A DNA stretch of 64,000 nucleotides. It comes from the human T2T-CHM13v2.0 reference genome, Homo sapiens. Positions 30,990 to 45,270 of the stretch are shown piece after piece (the stretch's first letter is position 1; the number at the start of each line of letters is the position of its first letter). The position numbers and the translations under genes are program-made. Under the pieces are notes generated by a model. That model did not search any database. It saw only the letters and a list, made by a program, of their open reading frames with translations, and was not told the DNA's origin. The DNA lies in the NCBI RefSeq assembly GCF_009914755.1, contig NC_060928.1; one strand, 5' to 3'.

Positions 30990-33850
30990 AGTGATAAGTG
31001 ATACCACTTCTACTTCCACCCTTTTGATTCCCGGATCTGTGAATCCTGGCAATGAGAGAAAATAGTGCCATATATTGGGTGCTGATTTGGAGCATATACA
31101 GTCATCTGGAGAACTTGGCCCCAGACCTGAAAACTGTTATCACCTAGTTGGTGTTGTAATTGTGACTTCGAAAGGCCATTCAATTGTTTTATCAAACCAG
31201 CTGCTTCAGGTTGACAGGGGACATGGTAAGACAAGTGAATGCCATGGGCATGAGCCCACTGCCGCACTTCCTTGGTTGTGAAGTGAGTTCTTTGGTCAGA
31301 AGCAACACTGTGTGGGATACCATGACAGTAGATAAGGCATTCTGTGAGTTCACAGATGGCAGTCTTGGAAAATGTAATGTGGGCAGGAAAGACAAATGCA
31401 CATCTGGAGAAAATGTCTATTCCAGTAAGAACAAACCACTGCCCTTTCCATGATGGAAGAGGCCCAAAGTAATAAATCTTCCACCAGGTAGTTGGCTGAT
31501 CACCATGAGGAATGGTGCCATATTGAGGCTCAGTGTTGTTTGCTGCTGACAGATTGGAAACTCAGCAATTGCTGTAGCCAAGTCAGCCTTGGTGAGTGGA
31601 AGTCCACTTTACCGACCCCATGCATAAGCTCCATCCCTGACACCATGGCCACTTTTTCATGAGTCCATTGAGTGATGACAAGGGTGGCTGGGGAAAGGGG
31701 CTGAGTGGTGTCCACAGAATGGGTCATCCTATCCACTTGATTATTAAAAATCTCCACTACTGAGGTCACCTTTGGTGAACATTCACAAGGAAGACAAATA
31801 TACTTACATTCTTTAAACACTTAGACAGGTTCATCCACATAGCTCTTCCCTAAATTTGTCACTGATTTTCCAATCATGCTCCTTCCAAGTCCCTGACCAT
31901 CCAGCCAGACCACTGGCTACCACCCATGAGTCAGTATATAATTGCACGTCTGGCTATATCTCCTTCCAAGCAAAGTGCACAACCAGGTACACTGCTTGCA
32001 GTTCTGCACACTGGAAAGATTTCCGTTTACTTCTGTCCTTCAGGGGTGTCCCAGAAATGGTCTGTAGTGCTGCAGCTGTCCACTTTGGGGAGGTGCCTGC
32101 CTATCATGCAGAACCATCTGTAAACCAGGCCCTAGTCTTCTCTTTTCCTGTCAAATGATGATAAGGAACTCCCCAAGAGGCCAGAGGTACAGGTTAGAAT
32201 AGAGAAGGCAGGGCAGAAGGATTTGGGACTACGGGTATTTGGGCCACTTCCTCATATAACTTACTCTTGCCTTTAGGACACGCTCAAGATTGATAAGGTA
32301 TATACCACTTTTAATTTGATGATGAAAGGCTGCTGTGCATGCCCAACTTTATGGCTAGATGGGTCAGAAAACACCCAGTTTTGATAGGCAGCTCAGGTCA
32401 CATGGTAACTTGGTGACCCATAGCCAAACATTCAGTTTTCACCAAGGCCCAATAGCAGGCCAAGAGCTATCTCTCAAAAGAAGAGTAGCTACCTGCAGAA
32501 GATTGTCAGGCCTTGATTCAAAATCCTAAAGGTCTTCACTGTGATTAACCTATGGGGGCCTGGCAAAGGCTCCAATCAGCATTCCCATCTGGCACTGACA
32601 CCTTAAACACTATTGGATCTGCTGGATCATATGAACCAAGTGGCAGGGCAGCTTGTACAGCAGCCTAGACCTGTTGCAGAGCCTTCTCTTGTTTTGGGCC
32701 CCATTCAAAACAAGCAGCTTTATGGATCACTGGATAAATGGTCTGGTGTAATACCTTCAAATGAAGATGTGTTGCCTTTAAAATCCAAATAGGCCCACTA
32801 GGCATTGTGCCTCTTTCTTGGTTGTAGGAGTGCCAGAAGCAAGAACTTATACTTCATCTTAGAAGAAATATCTAGACAGGCCCCGTACCACTGGACACCT
32901 AGAAATTTCACTGAGGTATAAGGCCTCTGAATTTAGTTCCGATTTATTTCCTACCCCTGACATTCAAATCTTGCACCAGTAAATCAAGAGTAGTTGCCAC
33001 TTCTCTCTTACTAGGCCCAATCAGAATGTCATCAATGTAATGGAACAGTGTGATATATTATGAAAAGGAAAAGTGACAAAGATCTCTGTGAACAAGAGTA
33101 TAACAAAAGAGTTGATATATGTCTGAGGTAAGACAGTGAAGGTATATTGCTGGCATTGCCAGCTGAAGGCAAATTGCTTCTGGTGGGCCTTATGGACAGG
33201 AATGGAGAAAAAGGCACTTGCCAGATCAATAGATGCATACCAGGTACCAGGAGATGTGTTCATTTGCTCAAGCAATGAAACCACATCTGGTACAGTGGCT
33301 GCAATTGGTGTCACCATTTGATTAACACTGTCATTTGTTAAGATCCTTCTGTCTTCTGAATAGGCCAAATAGGAGAGTTGAACAGGGATGTGGTGAGGAT
33401 CACCACCCCTGCATCTTTCAAGTCCTTGATGCTGGCACTAATCTTTGCAACCCCTTCAGGGATGCAATATTGTTTTTTATTTACTATTTTCCTAGGTAGA
33501 GGAAGTTATAACAGCTTCAATTTGGCATATCCCATTATAATAGCCCTCACCCCATAGGTCAGGGAACTAATGTGGGGATTCTCCCAGTTGCTAAGTACGT
33601 CTATTCCAATTATGCATTCTGGCACAGAAGAAATGGCGGATGGGTTCAGGAACCTAATGGATCCACTGTAAGTCAGACCTGAGCTAAAACTCCATTAATT
33701 ACCTGACCTCCATAAGCCCTCTACTCTAACCACCACAATGACATTTTAGGTCCCACGGAATGAATGTCAGTTCACAGACAGTGTCCAGTAGTCCCTGAAA
33801 GGTCTAATTATTTCCCTTTCACCAATGCACAGTTACACTAGTAAAAGGCT
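30990..33850 (-). pseudogene. ERV-L pro-pol (protease, RT, RNase H, integrase), disrupted
   Basis: Protease GLLDT near 33780-33795; RT IDLASAFFSIPV...QFAFSW...LPQ and HYIDDIL (33022-33042); integrase-like QWAHAHGIHLSYHVP..PEAAGLIK. Confidence 0.92.
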
Positions 33851-33899
33851 GGAGGTCCCTTGAGGAAGGACTGAAGACAGATTAACAGCAAAAACTTTT

Positions 33900-36240
33900 G
33901 GTAATATAGTGAAGCCCTTCCTCAAGAGGACTCAGCCTCCCCTTCATTCAAGGGGTTCTGGGTCTGTAAACTACCTCAAGTCTGGAAATTGATTGAGGGG
34001 TCATGATTCTCTGTTTTTGTAATTCCAGTTAGACTTCTGTTCACTTACTGGAAGTTTTCTGCTTATAGGGATCAAATAAGAATGTATGAGGCTTCCTGCC
34101 TATTTCACTTCTAGGAACACCATGATGAATTAGCCATTCCAGAGCTCTACACTAGTCAGAGTGTTTGAAATGCTTGTTTCCCGGTGCCGTAAAGAAACAG
34201 CACTTGAACATAAATTTAATTTACTCAGCAAGGCCATTTTTACTTCCTGCAGAAAGAGTACACTCGCCAGCAGTTTTGCCATGAGAGTACACCAAGCAAA
34301 GGGGACGGAGTCATTTATAACCTGATGCGTCCACCCTACTGCTGTGTCCAGTTTCCATTGGCTGGAATGGGACCTCACATTCTGTATTTAGTCCCGATTG
34401 CCTAGCAACTTAGAACTTTTTAAAAGAGGCAAAGGCAGAGGAGAAAAAAGGAAGGAGGAAGTAACTTGTGGAATGCTGAGAAAGGTAAAAACACCTTTAA
34501 ATAAGGAAGAGGAACAGGCTATGGCCTAATGCTTGCTTGGACCAGTATAAGCATGCCAGGGCAAATATTCAGGCTAAATTGCAGGAGCTAAGAACGAAAG
34601 TACATTGATTTCTTTATCACGGCTAGCAGATATTGAAAAATGTTAGCATAGTTCTTTGAATAAATTTTGCTCCTAAGAGAAGTTACTACTTATTCCTAAT
34701 TAAATGGAGGGGAAAGTCTTTGAAGAGGAACCTCTACTTTGCTTTTTACAAGAGTATTCTGATTGTTGCTTTGCCTCGGCTGTCCATTACAGTAATTGTG
34801 CCCACCTTACCTTTGATGTTTGAGTGCCTCCACTTGGCCTCTGTCACCTTAGGATCCAATTATTCTCATTGCATTTAGGTTTTCCAATTGAGTGACTGCA
34901 GTTCCCACTCTAAAATCAGGCATACAAGAGAGCACACAACTCTTCAAGGATACTGGTGCTCCCCTCACAAATGTATTTCACAAAGTATTGGTGAACGGTG
35001 TGTATTCTGAACCCTCCCAGTTGAGTTGAGTAGGTCTTTTAAGTGACAAATCCATTCTAGCATTCCAATCTCTCTAAGCCTTTGGAGGCCTTCCTCTACA
35101 TTAAATCAAGGGAGATCAGTCCTTTCCAGCTTGCTCACAGTGGGCTATATTTTGATCCATGCTTCAATTAACCAAGTAAATGAACTACTGGGTCTTTTTC
35201 GATTCCTCATGTTGCAACATTAAATGCAGAATCTCTTCTTAGTGGTCCTTTATCACTAAATTCAGCCTGACCCAACTTTATGTTCCTACCTCCACTATCC
35301 CATACCCTTACTATCCTTTCCCATAGCTGTCTCCTGGATTTCTGCTTATATACATTAGAAAACTTAAGTAGTTCTTTGGGAGTGTAGTTACACCTTCTAG
35401 TGGGTCACACTCTGTACCTCACCTCTAGGGGCATGCCAGGACTTGAATCTAGTTACAGGTCTAGAAGCACAGTGGGGTCCTGGGGATGGGTCCTGAGGAG
35501 AATCAGTGTTGTTTTGCCTGGCAACTGCCTTAAGGAAGGCCATCATTGTTTCCTCAGGCAATGCAGGGTTAATCTCCTCAGACAAAGGCTGAAAGGCTCA
35601 TACTACTGTGGGTAGGGGAGATTTTGCTACCAAGGAGGGGAGGTGGGGAGACCACTTCCTCTGGCAAAACAGGCTCATCAGAATTTAGGAACTCAGTGTC
35701 CCCCACTTCATCAGCGTCCTCCCACATGTTCTGATTCTAACTTACAGGGTTTTATTCTTTCCTAATCAATGCCCTCACTTTAACAGTAGACACCTCGTGA
35801 GGCTAAGAGTGCACCTTTTCTTGTAGGTTAGCCACTGGCATAATAAAAGCCTGTGTTTGATTTTCAGCAATTTCAGCCCTTTGTCTACTGAAGAGAAGAT
35901 TTTCACCCAGGGCACACTTGGAAACTTTTAGGTTATGTATGTGCTTCTGGAGCCAGGAGCTAGAATCCCTGAACTCATCCCTTTTTTTCACCACTTTGTC
36001 CAGTAAACGTAGGAGCAATCAACCAACTTCATTATATTCTTTGGTTCTCCACAAATGTTCAAAGGTATCCTTTATAGAATAACTAAACTCCTTGTCTCTC
36101 GGGAATAGTGAATCAGCATATCAAATGCATTTATTTTTACTATTGGTGCTCTCCCTACTATTAGAAGTAGAGTTTTTAGCATTTTTAAGACTAATCACAT
36201 TAGAGAAGCAACTTCAGAAACCCAAAACCAACTAAGGAAA
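33900..36240 (-). pseudogene. ERV-L gag remnant, split by LTR10
   Basis: ORF pieces 35803-36018 and 35397-35585 (SEEINPALPEE..., APRGEVQSVTH) are typical of HERV-L gag. Confidence 0.8.
34162..34750 (-). mobile_element. LTR10C-like solo LTR (HERV-I group) inserted in HERV-L gag
   Basis: Minus strand starts TGTAAAAAGCAAAGTAGAGGTTCCTCTTCAAAGAC. 4-bp TSD AGAG at 34158-34161 and 34751-34754. Confidence 0.85.
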
Positions 36241-36289
36241 TTCATCCTTAAAATTCCGTTCGTTTAAAATCACTCCTGGTACCAAAACC

Positions 36290-36853
36290 TGTATGAGGGT
36301 TCTCCAGAGGGGCAGAACCAATAGGTTATATGCATATATACAAGGGATTTTATTAGGGCTAAGTGGCTCACATGATTACTAGGTGAAATCTCCTGATAGG
36401 CTGTCAGCAAGCTGGGAATAGCCTGTAGTGTGGTTCAGTCAAAGTCCAAAAGCCTCAAAACCAGGGAAGCCAACAGTGCAGCCCTCAGTCTGAGCCCAAA
36501 AGCCTGAGAGCCTCCTCCAGGCGGTTGCAGGTACAAGCCCTGGAGTCCAAAGTCCAAAGAACCTAGAGTCTGATGTCCAAGGGCAGGAACAGAGGAAGCA
36601 AGTGTCTGGCACAGGAAGAAGAGAGAATCAGAAAACTGAGCCAACTGTTTATCTCCCTTCTTTTGCCGGCTTTGTTCTAGCCCCACTGGCAACCGTTGGA
36701 TGGAGACTGCCCACATTGAGGGTGGGTCTTCCTCTCCCAGTCCACTGACTCCTCTAGCAACACTCTCACAGACACACCCAGAAAAAATGGTTCACCAGCC
36801 GTTTAGGCATTCCTCAAATCCAGTCACGTTCACATCTTATATTAACTATCACA
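36290..36853 (-). mobile_element. 5' LTR (MLT2B-like)
   Basis: TGTATGAGGGTTCTCCAGAGGGGCAG...ATTAACTATCACA; adjacent to the PBS at ~36266-36283. Confidence 0.92.
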
Positions 36854-39800
36854 GATATCAAGGCTCATTTAAGAAAATGACCAAACTATACTATAAATAT
36901 TCTACAAATTCCATAACTAAGTTTATTTTTAAAAGAAAGTTATAGGAATTAGCCTCAAAGCAGTGTTTTATCTTGTTTTGGGTTAAGCAAATTGGCTGGT
37001 AGAAATGCATTTTTCCCAGGTGTCTGAGAATAACAGCAACGTGGTCTCAAGTTTAAAATAATTATCTGTACAACTCCATGGATATTGTTAATAATTTATC
37101 TTTTTATTGTTCTCTAGATGCAAAATATAAATGTGTTCTAAGACTGTGAAAATCAATTAAAATTTATTATGCAGGAGAAATGTGTATGAGGTATAAAAAT
37201 GATTAAAGGGAATATTTATGGGAGGGGTAATATGAAACGGCTCATCTCTTATTGTTCCCTACATAATACATACCTAGGGATTTATAAATGAGAATCAAAT
37301 TACATGTTGGGGGTTAGGGAGCTCAGATAGCTCTCTATATACTGGTTCAACAAGAATTTCTTCAATAAGTTTATAGAAAACTTGGGCCACATTTGGGGAA
37401 AACAAATTCCATGTATATATTGGAGCTAAAACAATGAAAGCCTAGTTGTTTGAGCTTGGTTAGGTGTTCCCCTTCAGCTTACAGGTTTGTTGAATCCAAA
37501 TTTCTGAATTTTAGATAGCTTTGGGGTGTGAAGTGTATGTATGACTTGTCCATATGTATACCATTTACATAAACAATTCTCTTATTCACTGTACAGAAGG
37601 AGAGGTATATCGTCCCTTTAGGCAAATCGGTTATATTTAATGGTTCAAGAACAATGAAAGGCAGATAATCTTTACCTAGAGGAATAAAGCCCTGATAGGG
37701 AAGAGTGAGTATGGCGTTTCTTACAGGACTACTGGAATTAAGTTTGGAAGGAAAATAAAGAGAGGTGAATGAGCCCCCATTCTTTGTGAAATAATTAAAT
37801 AGAATTAATTTTAAAAGGTAATGCTAAAAAATGTTGAAAATTAAATCAGGAGAATTTCCAAGGAACTCAGTAAAAATAAGCTTATCAGAGGGGAGAAAAA
37901 AGTTAAAAAGAAAAACATAAGTAAATAACACACCTTATATTACTACATATTACTGTTAATGTGTAAAATAATGTATATTTATTTTTTCAGCATTATAAAG
38001 CTAGAAAAAAAGTTCTGGCAGCATAACTTACATACTAAGAGCTAAATAAGTCTTAGAATATTGCTATATTGAATCCTAACCTCGCCATAGAATAGTTATT
38101 TTGTAGGACTTACAGCTACATGGCTCATATATGCCAGCAATCAAAGGCTTATATTTACACTTGGTCAGTCTGTGAAATATTTTTGATAGGCCTATTTATG
38201 AGTTAGCACTGGTTATGATTTAGGTAGCCTACAACTCAGGTTTCATATTAGGTTTGACAATTTTTCCTTCATGTCACAAACTTTTCATGTTGAATGAAGC
38301 CTCATAAAATCATTGGCAGGGGGAGCATGTTCACAGACATGCACACACACACATACTCACACACACACAGCCATAAAACAAAGCAAAACAAAAAACAAGG
38401 TGCCTGCCTTGCTCTATTTCCCCGTGCTTTCTCCAAGAACACCAAAGGTGGTCTTTAGTATCTGTAGGCTAAAAGATTATGAAACTGTGCTCCATCTACC
38501 CTCCACATCAATTTCTCAATTATATAGAGCATGCTGCAAGTAAAAAGATTTTTTGAAGTATCTTTTTATTTCAAAAGGCATCCTGTTAATCACATACACT
38601 CAGCAGATCTTTAACTTGGCCAACTTAATGTTCTTAAAGTTCTTCCTAAACTTTATCTGTAATATTGTAGAGTTGACAACCACAGTGGTACTGTCACTAG
38701 GTAGGATCAAATTGCTATAGATGTTGACATATGATAATAGACTCTTAGGCAGTGAAGATACGTTAGGATACTTTCTCTCCCGTACCTCATTTTAGAGTTC
38801 AATAAACAGAGACAAAGAGAAGTGAACTGTCCATACAGCATGCAAGTAGCACCTCTAGTTCCTAATGTAGTCTAATGCCATTTTGCTTTTTTTAATTTTT
38901 GAAAAAATAAACACAATAATTATTACAAATAAGATGTATATAGGTACACTGAATAAAATTTTTACATTTTAAATACATTGAACTTGAAAAAAAATGGGCA
39001 TATTTGGGTCCCAGGGAGGTCTCATAAATGGAATACTTTTGAGAGACTTGATTTTATTTAACAAAGACAGAAAAACATGCCTCATACACATTAAAAATCT
39101 AAAATGTATCATTTACCAGACACCTACTAAGTCAAGCATTATGGAAAACACTGGGAATAGAAAAACAAAAAAGTCAAAGGTTTGGTCTAGAGAATAGTGC
39201 ACTCTCGTATGACAGTATGTTGTCTCTACAATGCACAGGTTATTAAAGGAGGACCATCACAAGAAAGAAAATGTTCAATAAGTATTTGACAGTTGGATTA
39301 TTTTTATTAGCTAAATAAAATGGAGTTTTAAATTTAATACTTTGCATATTTTAACAATGAAATTAATTTTTATTGTCATAAATCTTGGGAGAATTCGTAA
39401 CTAATACAACAGATTAAAAGTACTGTTTTCCTCACTGAGCTCTTTAAAGTTTGTAACATCTGAATCATTTTTTTGTCCTCTTACCAATGTTTTATTATAC
39501 TTTTCCAAAAGGTTAAGTCATGACTTAGGTAAACATAAAGTGAATATCTTTCAATGATCTTTACTTAGCTCATTAATTGAGAAGTAAAATAAAACTAGTT
39601 CAAAGAAGAATACTAGTGCAAGTGCAAGTATTTTTAAGCAACATAAAGGAGCGTCTAGGCAAGATTGTTGGGTTAAATACAAAATCAGTTAATGTCCAAC
39701 AGGGCAATACACCATAATGTTTGAGATTATCTTTTCCACAGGACAGAAACTATTGCACACCTGTCAGAAGAAGAATATTCAAGTTGGCCTCTGCCCCTAC

Positions 39801-42800
39801 AGATCTGTAGAATAGCCCAGTCAATCAAATGTCAATCAAAGGGGCAAGCCCATGGCTGCACTGGAAAAAGACCTAGTAATTAATCTCTTTGGCCTTAGTT
39901 GGAAGTTTGAGACATCTTTTATTCACACCAGTATGCCTTGATTATTAAGACACTCTCAAATAATTTCTCTTCTCTACGTTCTACATCACTCACTTGCAGA
40001 ATCTATTTGGCCTGAGTTAGTCTTATTATATTTTTTAAAGTAAGTCCATGAGCCAGTTGCTCAACTTCTATGGCAGAGAAAATAAAAAAGAAAATGTCTG
40101 AGTGGGAAGCTTTATTTACCTGGAGAACAAAACCTTCTGAAGTTTCTACTATCTAGAATAGGTTCAACCTACAGTTTGTTTAAATGCCTGTTTGAGGTCA
40201 AGAACATTTAAAGTATTCACACATTTTCAATGGGTACATGGAAGCATTAAATCTGGCTGTTTAAACACACTGAAAAAGCAGAAAATATGCGATTTCTGAG
40301 TCAGTTGATCTCGAGTGTCCCTAAAAAATTTAATAAGTCTGTTAAGCCCTCAAAAGCAATGCTTTTGGAAATGTTTTTACATTAGAGTTTTGCCTCAGGA
40401 GCATCTAATAATTTCCTTGTTTTTATAAGACATAAATATAGAGGTATTGTTGCTATTATTACACTAATTTTCATTCTCTGTTTCTATCACTGCTTTTGTG
40501 ACAATAAGGGAAAAGAATGTCTGCAAACCTAGTTGGGGGAAATAAAAAAATGGGTTTCAAACGCAGAGTATAGAAGAAAAACTGAAATTTTTGAAGTAAT
40601 ATGTGATAGAAATTAATTCATTATTAAAATACTACTAAAATTATGCAACATGATAGCAAATGATACAGTCTGCTATAATATCATATGATTTGAAAACAGT
40701 ATATGAAAATGTTTCAAAAAGCATAAGAACTGTAGCTATATATGTTTTTCCTTTGTTTGATAACCTCTTAATGTTAAATTGTACTGAAATTTTTTTGTGT
40801 GCAGTCTTTGACTTTTTATATTTTAAAAAGTTAATTAAATTTGCAGTTCTAATAAGACTGTTATCCAAGAAAAAAGATGATCAATATTGAGCTTAGTTTT
40901 AAAATATCAACCTCATAAGCTATTGAATAATTTTCATAAGGAATATTTATTAATCTTCAAGATTTATTTTAATCTTTTCATTATTTAACAGAAGAAGCCA
41001 TTTAGATTTTACAGAAATGTAGCTCCTCATACATTATATTGTTCCTATGAAGAATTAGATTGAATAAAGCTGCTTTGAATAAAGCTCGTATTACCAGGTG
41101 TGTACGTCAATAATTTTTTAAATGGACTATTACGTTGACATATTTAGTTTCTGAACAAGATCTCAAATTTAAAAATTGTAGAAATCATGAAAAAATGTGT
41201 AGTCCAAAGTCATATAACAAAATTTTATAACAATTTTCTTTAGTTGTATTTTCATAAATAATTCAGATTTTCATTACTTTATTATTACTGATGTTTCACA
41301 GAGCTACAACTGTGTGCTGCATGATCTAGAAAAAAATACGCTAGCAACTAAAAACTTAACTGTGAAAAGTGTTGCCTTTTTCTTTAAAATCTCTTAAAAA
41401 TCTCATGTGATTTGCTAGTACTCTTTCTGATAGTATAGAAAGCAAAATAATTCTGCTGTGAAAACAAGCAAAATTTCTTCTAATATACAACAGCTGAGTG
41501 CATCACTGTCTTTACAAAGAATCCATTCCTTTTCTAGTCACAGGTATTTTTTTAAATCAAGTTTCTATTATGGGTACAATGTGGTTTAGTGAAGGTTCTC
41601 TTTTCTTATAGAAGAAAAATTAGAAAAATGAAAAGGCAGCCAGAGCCTAAAATTGTTTTAGTTTATGTTATATTGTCCTTGAAAAGAAAGAAAAGAGGAT
41701 AATTTAGCCAAAAACAACAAACATCCAGTTACCACAAATTCCAGCTTCTCAGGTTCAGGGTAAAGGAGACCAGTTGACTCAGGGATATCAAGGCTGCTGG
41801 TGAAATTAAATACAAAAATATACTGTCCTTTGAGTTTCCTTTAATAGATAGCGTTTGGAGGGAATCTCTATGCTTGCTATTTAAGCCTTTTGTAAAACAA
41901 TAGAAAGTAGTGGAGATGGTAGAATCACATTTTCTAAAGTACACATGCACTCATTCAGAACTTCAACAAAGAGAATAAATTCTGGCTGCTAAGAGGAAAA
42001 TAGAAGTAACAGTTTCCTGAGAATTGTTAAGCCAACACACTATTAAATATACCACCTAACATTGTTCTTTTCCTCTCTCTTTTCACTCTTGCAGCTACCA
42101 CATGTGATGGAAAGAATCCAAGTTAAACACTCTCACCAGAGCATGCTCCAAGACAGATGACTGAGCCCCAGGCTTGGCCAATACAATGCACTTCTATTCT
42201 CTATTTATTTTTGTAGTTCAAAGACCTGGCAGTAACCCACTTGATGCCTGCCATAAGGACCAGTACACTCCTGATTACTGCCCAGCGATTTTATATCTGT
42301 ATGCCAGCTACTCAGACCACGTATAAAGACTAGGGGGATTTTTTGAAAGGAAAAGAAACCCCGGCTTCCACTTATACTTTGAAATTTCAGATGATGTACT
42401 GCCAACTTACAGACCTTGCTTTAATCAGCAGCCACATGAAAAGGCTGTTTCTATTTACTCTAGGTCATTTAGGAAACAAGCAATAAGTAGGCCTTGCAAA
42501 ATTTCAGCTTCTCTTAAAGTTGGCATGTTTTCCTCAAATAGAGAGTTGAATCTTGATTTCATTTTCTGAGTAGAAATATTTACAATCCTGTCATACATGA
42601 ATTTTAGCCTTCCTTCTGTCTAACAACAAATAGGCTTTTTAAAGAATGCTTAGCGTTAAACTGGAGGCTGTTTTGTAAAGGTGGGTCTGTATAGATTTGA
42701 ATAATGACTACGCTGCTTTACTGCTCTAGTTAAAATTTCATCAAATACTGACTTTAGCTGGAAAAAGATAATTTAAGCCCATCCTATTTTAGTTTTAAAT

Positions 42801-43174
42801 TGTGTATATATAAAAAGGTAATCTTGCAGAACATAAAGTAACAACTACAATATTCAGAAATTCATTAATATTAGAAAGATAAAAAATGATTAGGGTACCA
42901 ATATGTTCTTTGGTCCATAATGAATTTCTTTTCTCTTGGTTGTTCATACTATTTTGATTATCAGTGTAATGAAGAGATTTTGTGTAGTCCTTAATATTGT
43001 GACAAAGTATCATATTTGTATTATCAATTTTTAAAAAATATTTTCTTCCTTTATTATGTAGAGTCAATATTACACCATTTTCTGCTGTAAACTTGCAACT
43101 TGGTATCTGACACTTCACACTTCACAATTGTAAAAGCCTTACAACAATACAATTTCACTGATACCCTCACCATC

Positions 43175-43582
43175 TGCTATGGACTAAATTGCATCCACCC
43201 AAATATTCATATACTGAAGCCTTACCCTAAATGTGACTATTTAGAGATTGGGCCTACACAAAGGTAGTTAAGATTAAATAAGGTAATAAAGATAGGGCCC
43301 TGATCCCATAGATTAGTGTCCTTATAAGAGGAGAGAACAGAGGAATGTGGGCTCTCTCACCCTTACTCTTGCTGTCTCTTTTTATTCTCTCTCTCTGCCG
43401 TGTGAGGACACAGAGGGAAGACATCTGTCTAAAAGCCAGGAAGAGAGCCCACATTAGAACCAAAATGGGCCAGCATTTGGTGCCTTGACTTAAACTTCTC
43501 AGCCTCCAGAACTGGGAGAAAATGAATTTCTGTTATACCAATCTATGGTGTTTTGTTATGGCAGCTTGAGCTAACTGAAATG
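43175..43582 (+). mobile_element. MLT1A-like MaLR solo LTR
   Basis: TGCTATGGACTAAATTG...TGTGAGGACACAG...CAGCCTCCAGAACTG...TTTGTTATGGCAGC. Confidence 0.85.
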
Positions 43583-43589
43583 CTATTTT

Positions 43590-45270
43590 TCATCTCTTGT
43601 GCTACTGTTGTAATATTTTAAGTTTTATTATAACTATATAACTACATTTAACAATTTTTGTTTTATTTTTCTTATTTGTTTTAAACAGTCTGTTTTATTT
43701 TTTTAAGGGAAATTGGGACATTTAACAAAACCCTTTTATGCTTACTGTCCCCTCTCCTGCCCCTTGTTTTTAACCATTTCTAGTATCTTCATTCCTAATA
43801 ATACAGCCAAGTTTCCATCTGATGTCATTTCTTGTCGGTGTAATGAACATTCTTTAGCATTTCTTTTAGCACAAGTCTCCTTGCAATATTTTCAGTTACT
43901 ACTTATCTGAGAATGTTTTCATTTCATTCTTGTTTCTAAAGAATATTTTCATTGGAAATAGAATTCTAGGAAGATTGGTTTTTAAGCATTTTAAATAAAT
44001 CTTTCTATAGCTCTAGGCCTCTATGGTTTCAGATGAGAAATTAGCCATAATCCATATCATGTTTTCTGTGTAAGTACTACATCTATTTTTTTCTTGAGCT
44101 AATGTCGTTATTTTCTCTTGATCATTTTTAGCCTGAAGCTAAGTTCTCTTGAATCTATCAGTGGATAGTAAATTTTTATTATTAAATCTGGAAAAATTAT
44201 TGCCATTATATCTTCAAATGTTTACTGGTCATATTCTTATTGTCTTCTTTTTCTGGGATCCTAATTACACACATAAGATTGTTTGACAGTGACTGTTAGT
44301 TCTCTGAGGCTCTGGTAATTTATCTTATATTTTTTCCCTTTTTTCATATTGATTAATTTCTATTATTCAGTTTGCTGACCCCTTTTTCCTATCATCCTCA
44401 ATCTGCTATTAATCCCATCAGAATTTTTTTTCATTTTAGACATTGTAATTTTTAGTTTCAGAATTTCCATACAGTTCTGCTTCTTTTTTCCCCATAGTTT
44501 TCATTTCTCTAACCAAGCTTCTCTATAGCTTTAGATAAACCCCATTTTCCTTCAAATCCATGAAAATATTTATATTAGCTTTAAAAAGTCCTGATCTGCT
44601 AAATCCAATATCTGGGCCATCTTGAGGTCAGTTTCTATTCATTGTATTTTTTTTTCTTAACTGTGGGTCATATTTCCTTTTTTAAAAATGTCTAGTAAAT
44701 TTGGTTTAACACTGAACTTTGTGGATATTATCTTATATACACTCCTGATTCTGGTGCATACTTCTGAAGAGTTTTTCTTTTAATTCTAGTAGGGAGTGCA
44801 ATTACTAACTGATAACCTTAAAGTTTTTGTTTTCACTTTGTTAACATGTCTCTGTGGATAGACTGTTTTCCAAGACTCCTTTATTTGTTGGAATTCAATC
44901 TCCAAACCCTGACATTCATCTAAAGATATCATTGAGGCTTGGTTTTAGGCTTTAGAAGGTTGCATTTTCAGTGGATTTTACTCTAGCGCAGAGTCCTAAC
45001 TCCAAAGACATGACTTTTCTGGAGTGTGCTTATGGATGCTTATGGTATTTAGAAGTGTGTGGACTGGAATTCCAAAGTCTCCCAGTGTGGTTCTACCTGT
45101 AGTGTCTTAGATCTCTTCTTAAACCCACAGCAGCTTCTCTCAAGTTAATCACTATATAGTTTCTTTTCATACACGTATAGTCCAGCCCTTAGCCAAGAAC
45201 TTACATTGGATTCTCAATTAGTCTTCTTTCTCCCTCTCTAGACAGCTTCCCCCTCTTTGTTGTTTCAGCT
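43590..45270 (-). mobile_element. Old L1M fragment (ORF1/5' region)
   Basis: Reverse L1 ORF1-like sequence (GTTTCAGATGAGAAATTAGCC, TCTGCTAAATCCAATATCTGGGCC). Confidence 0.7.

Larger units (their letters stand above)
29535..36853 (-). mobile_element. Near-complete HERV-L/ERVL provirus with MLT2B-type LTRs
   Basis: Two homologous LTRs, PBS-like TGGTACCAGG next to the 5' LTR, gag-pro-pol-dUTPase remnants, no env. Confidence 0.95.

Noticed and set aside
30990-33850. RT-integrase-dUTPase cluster as a domesticated gene
   Set aside because: Fragmented across frames with no long preserved ORF; a standard decayed ERV-L.
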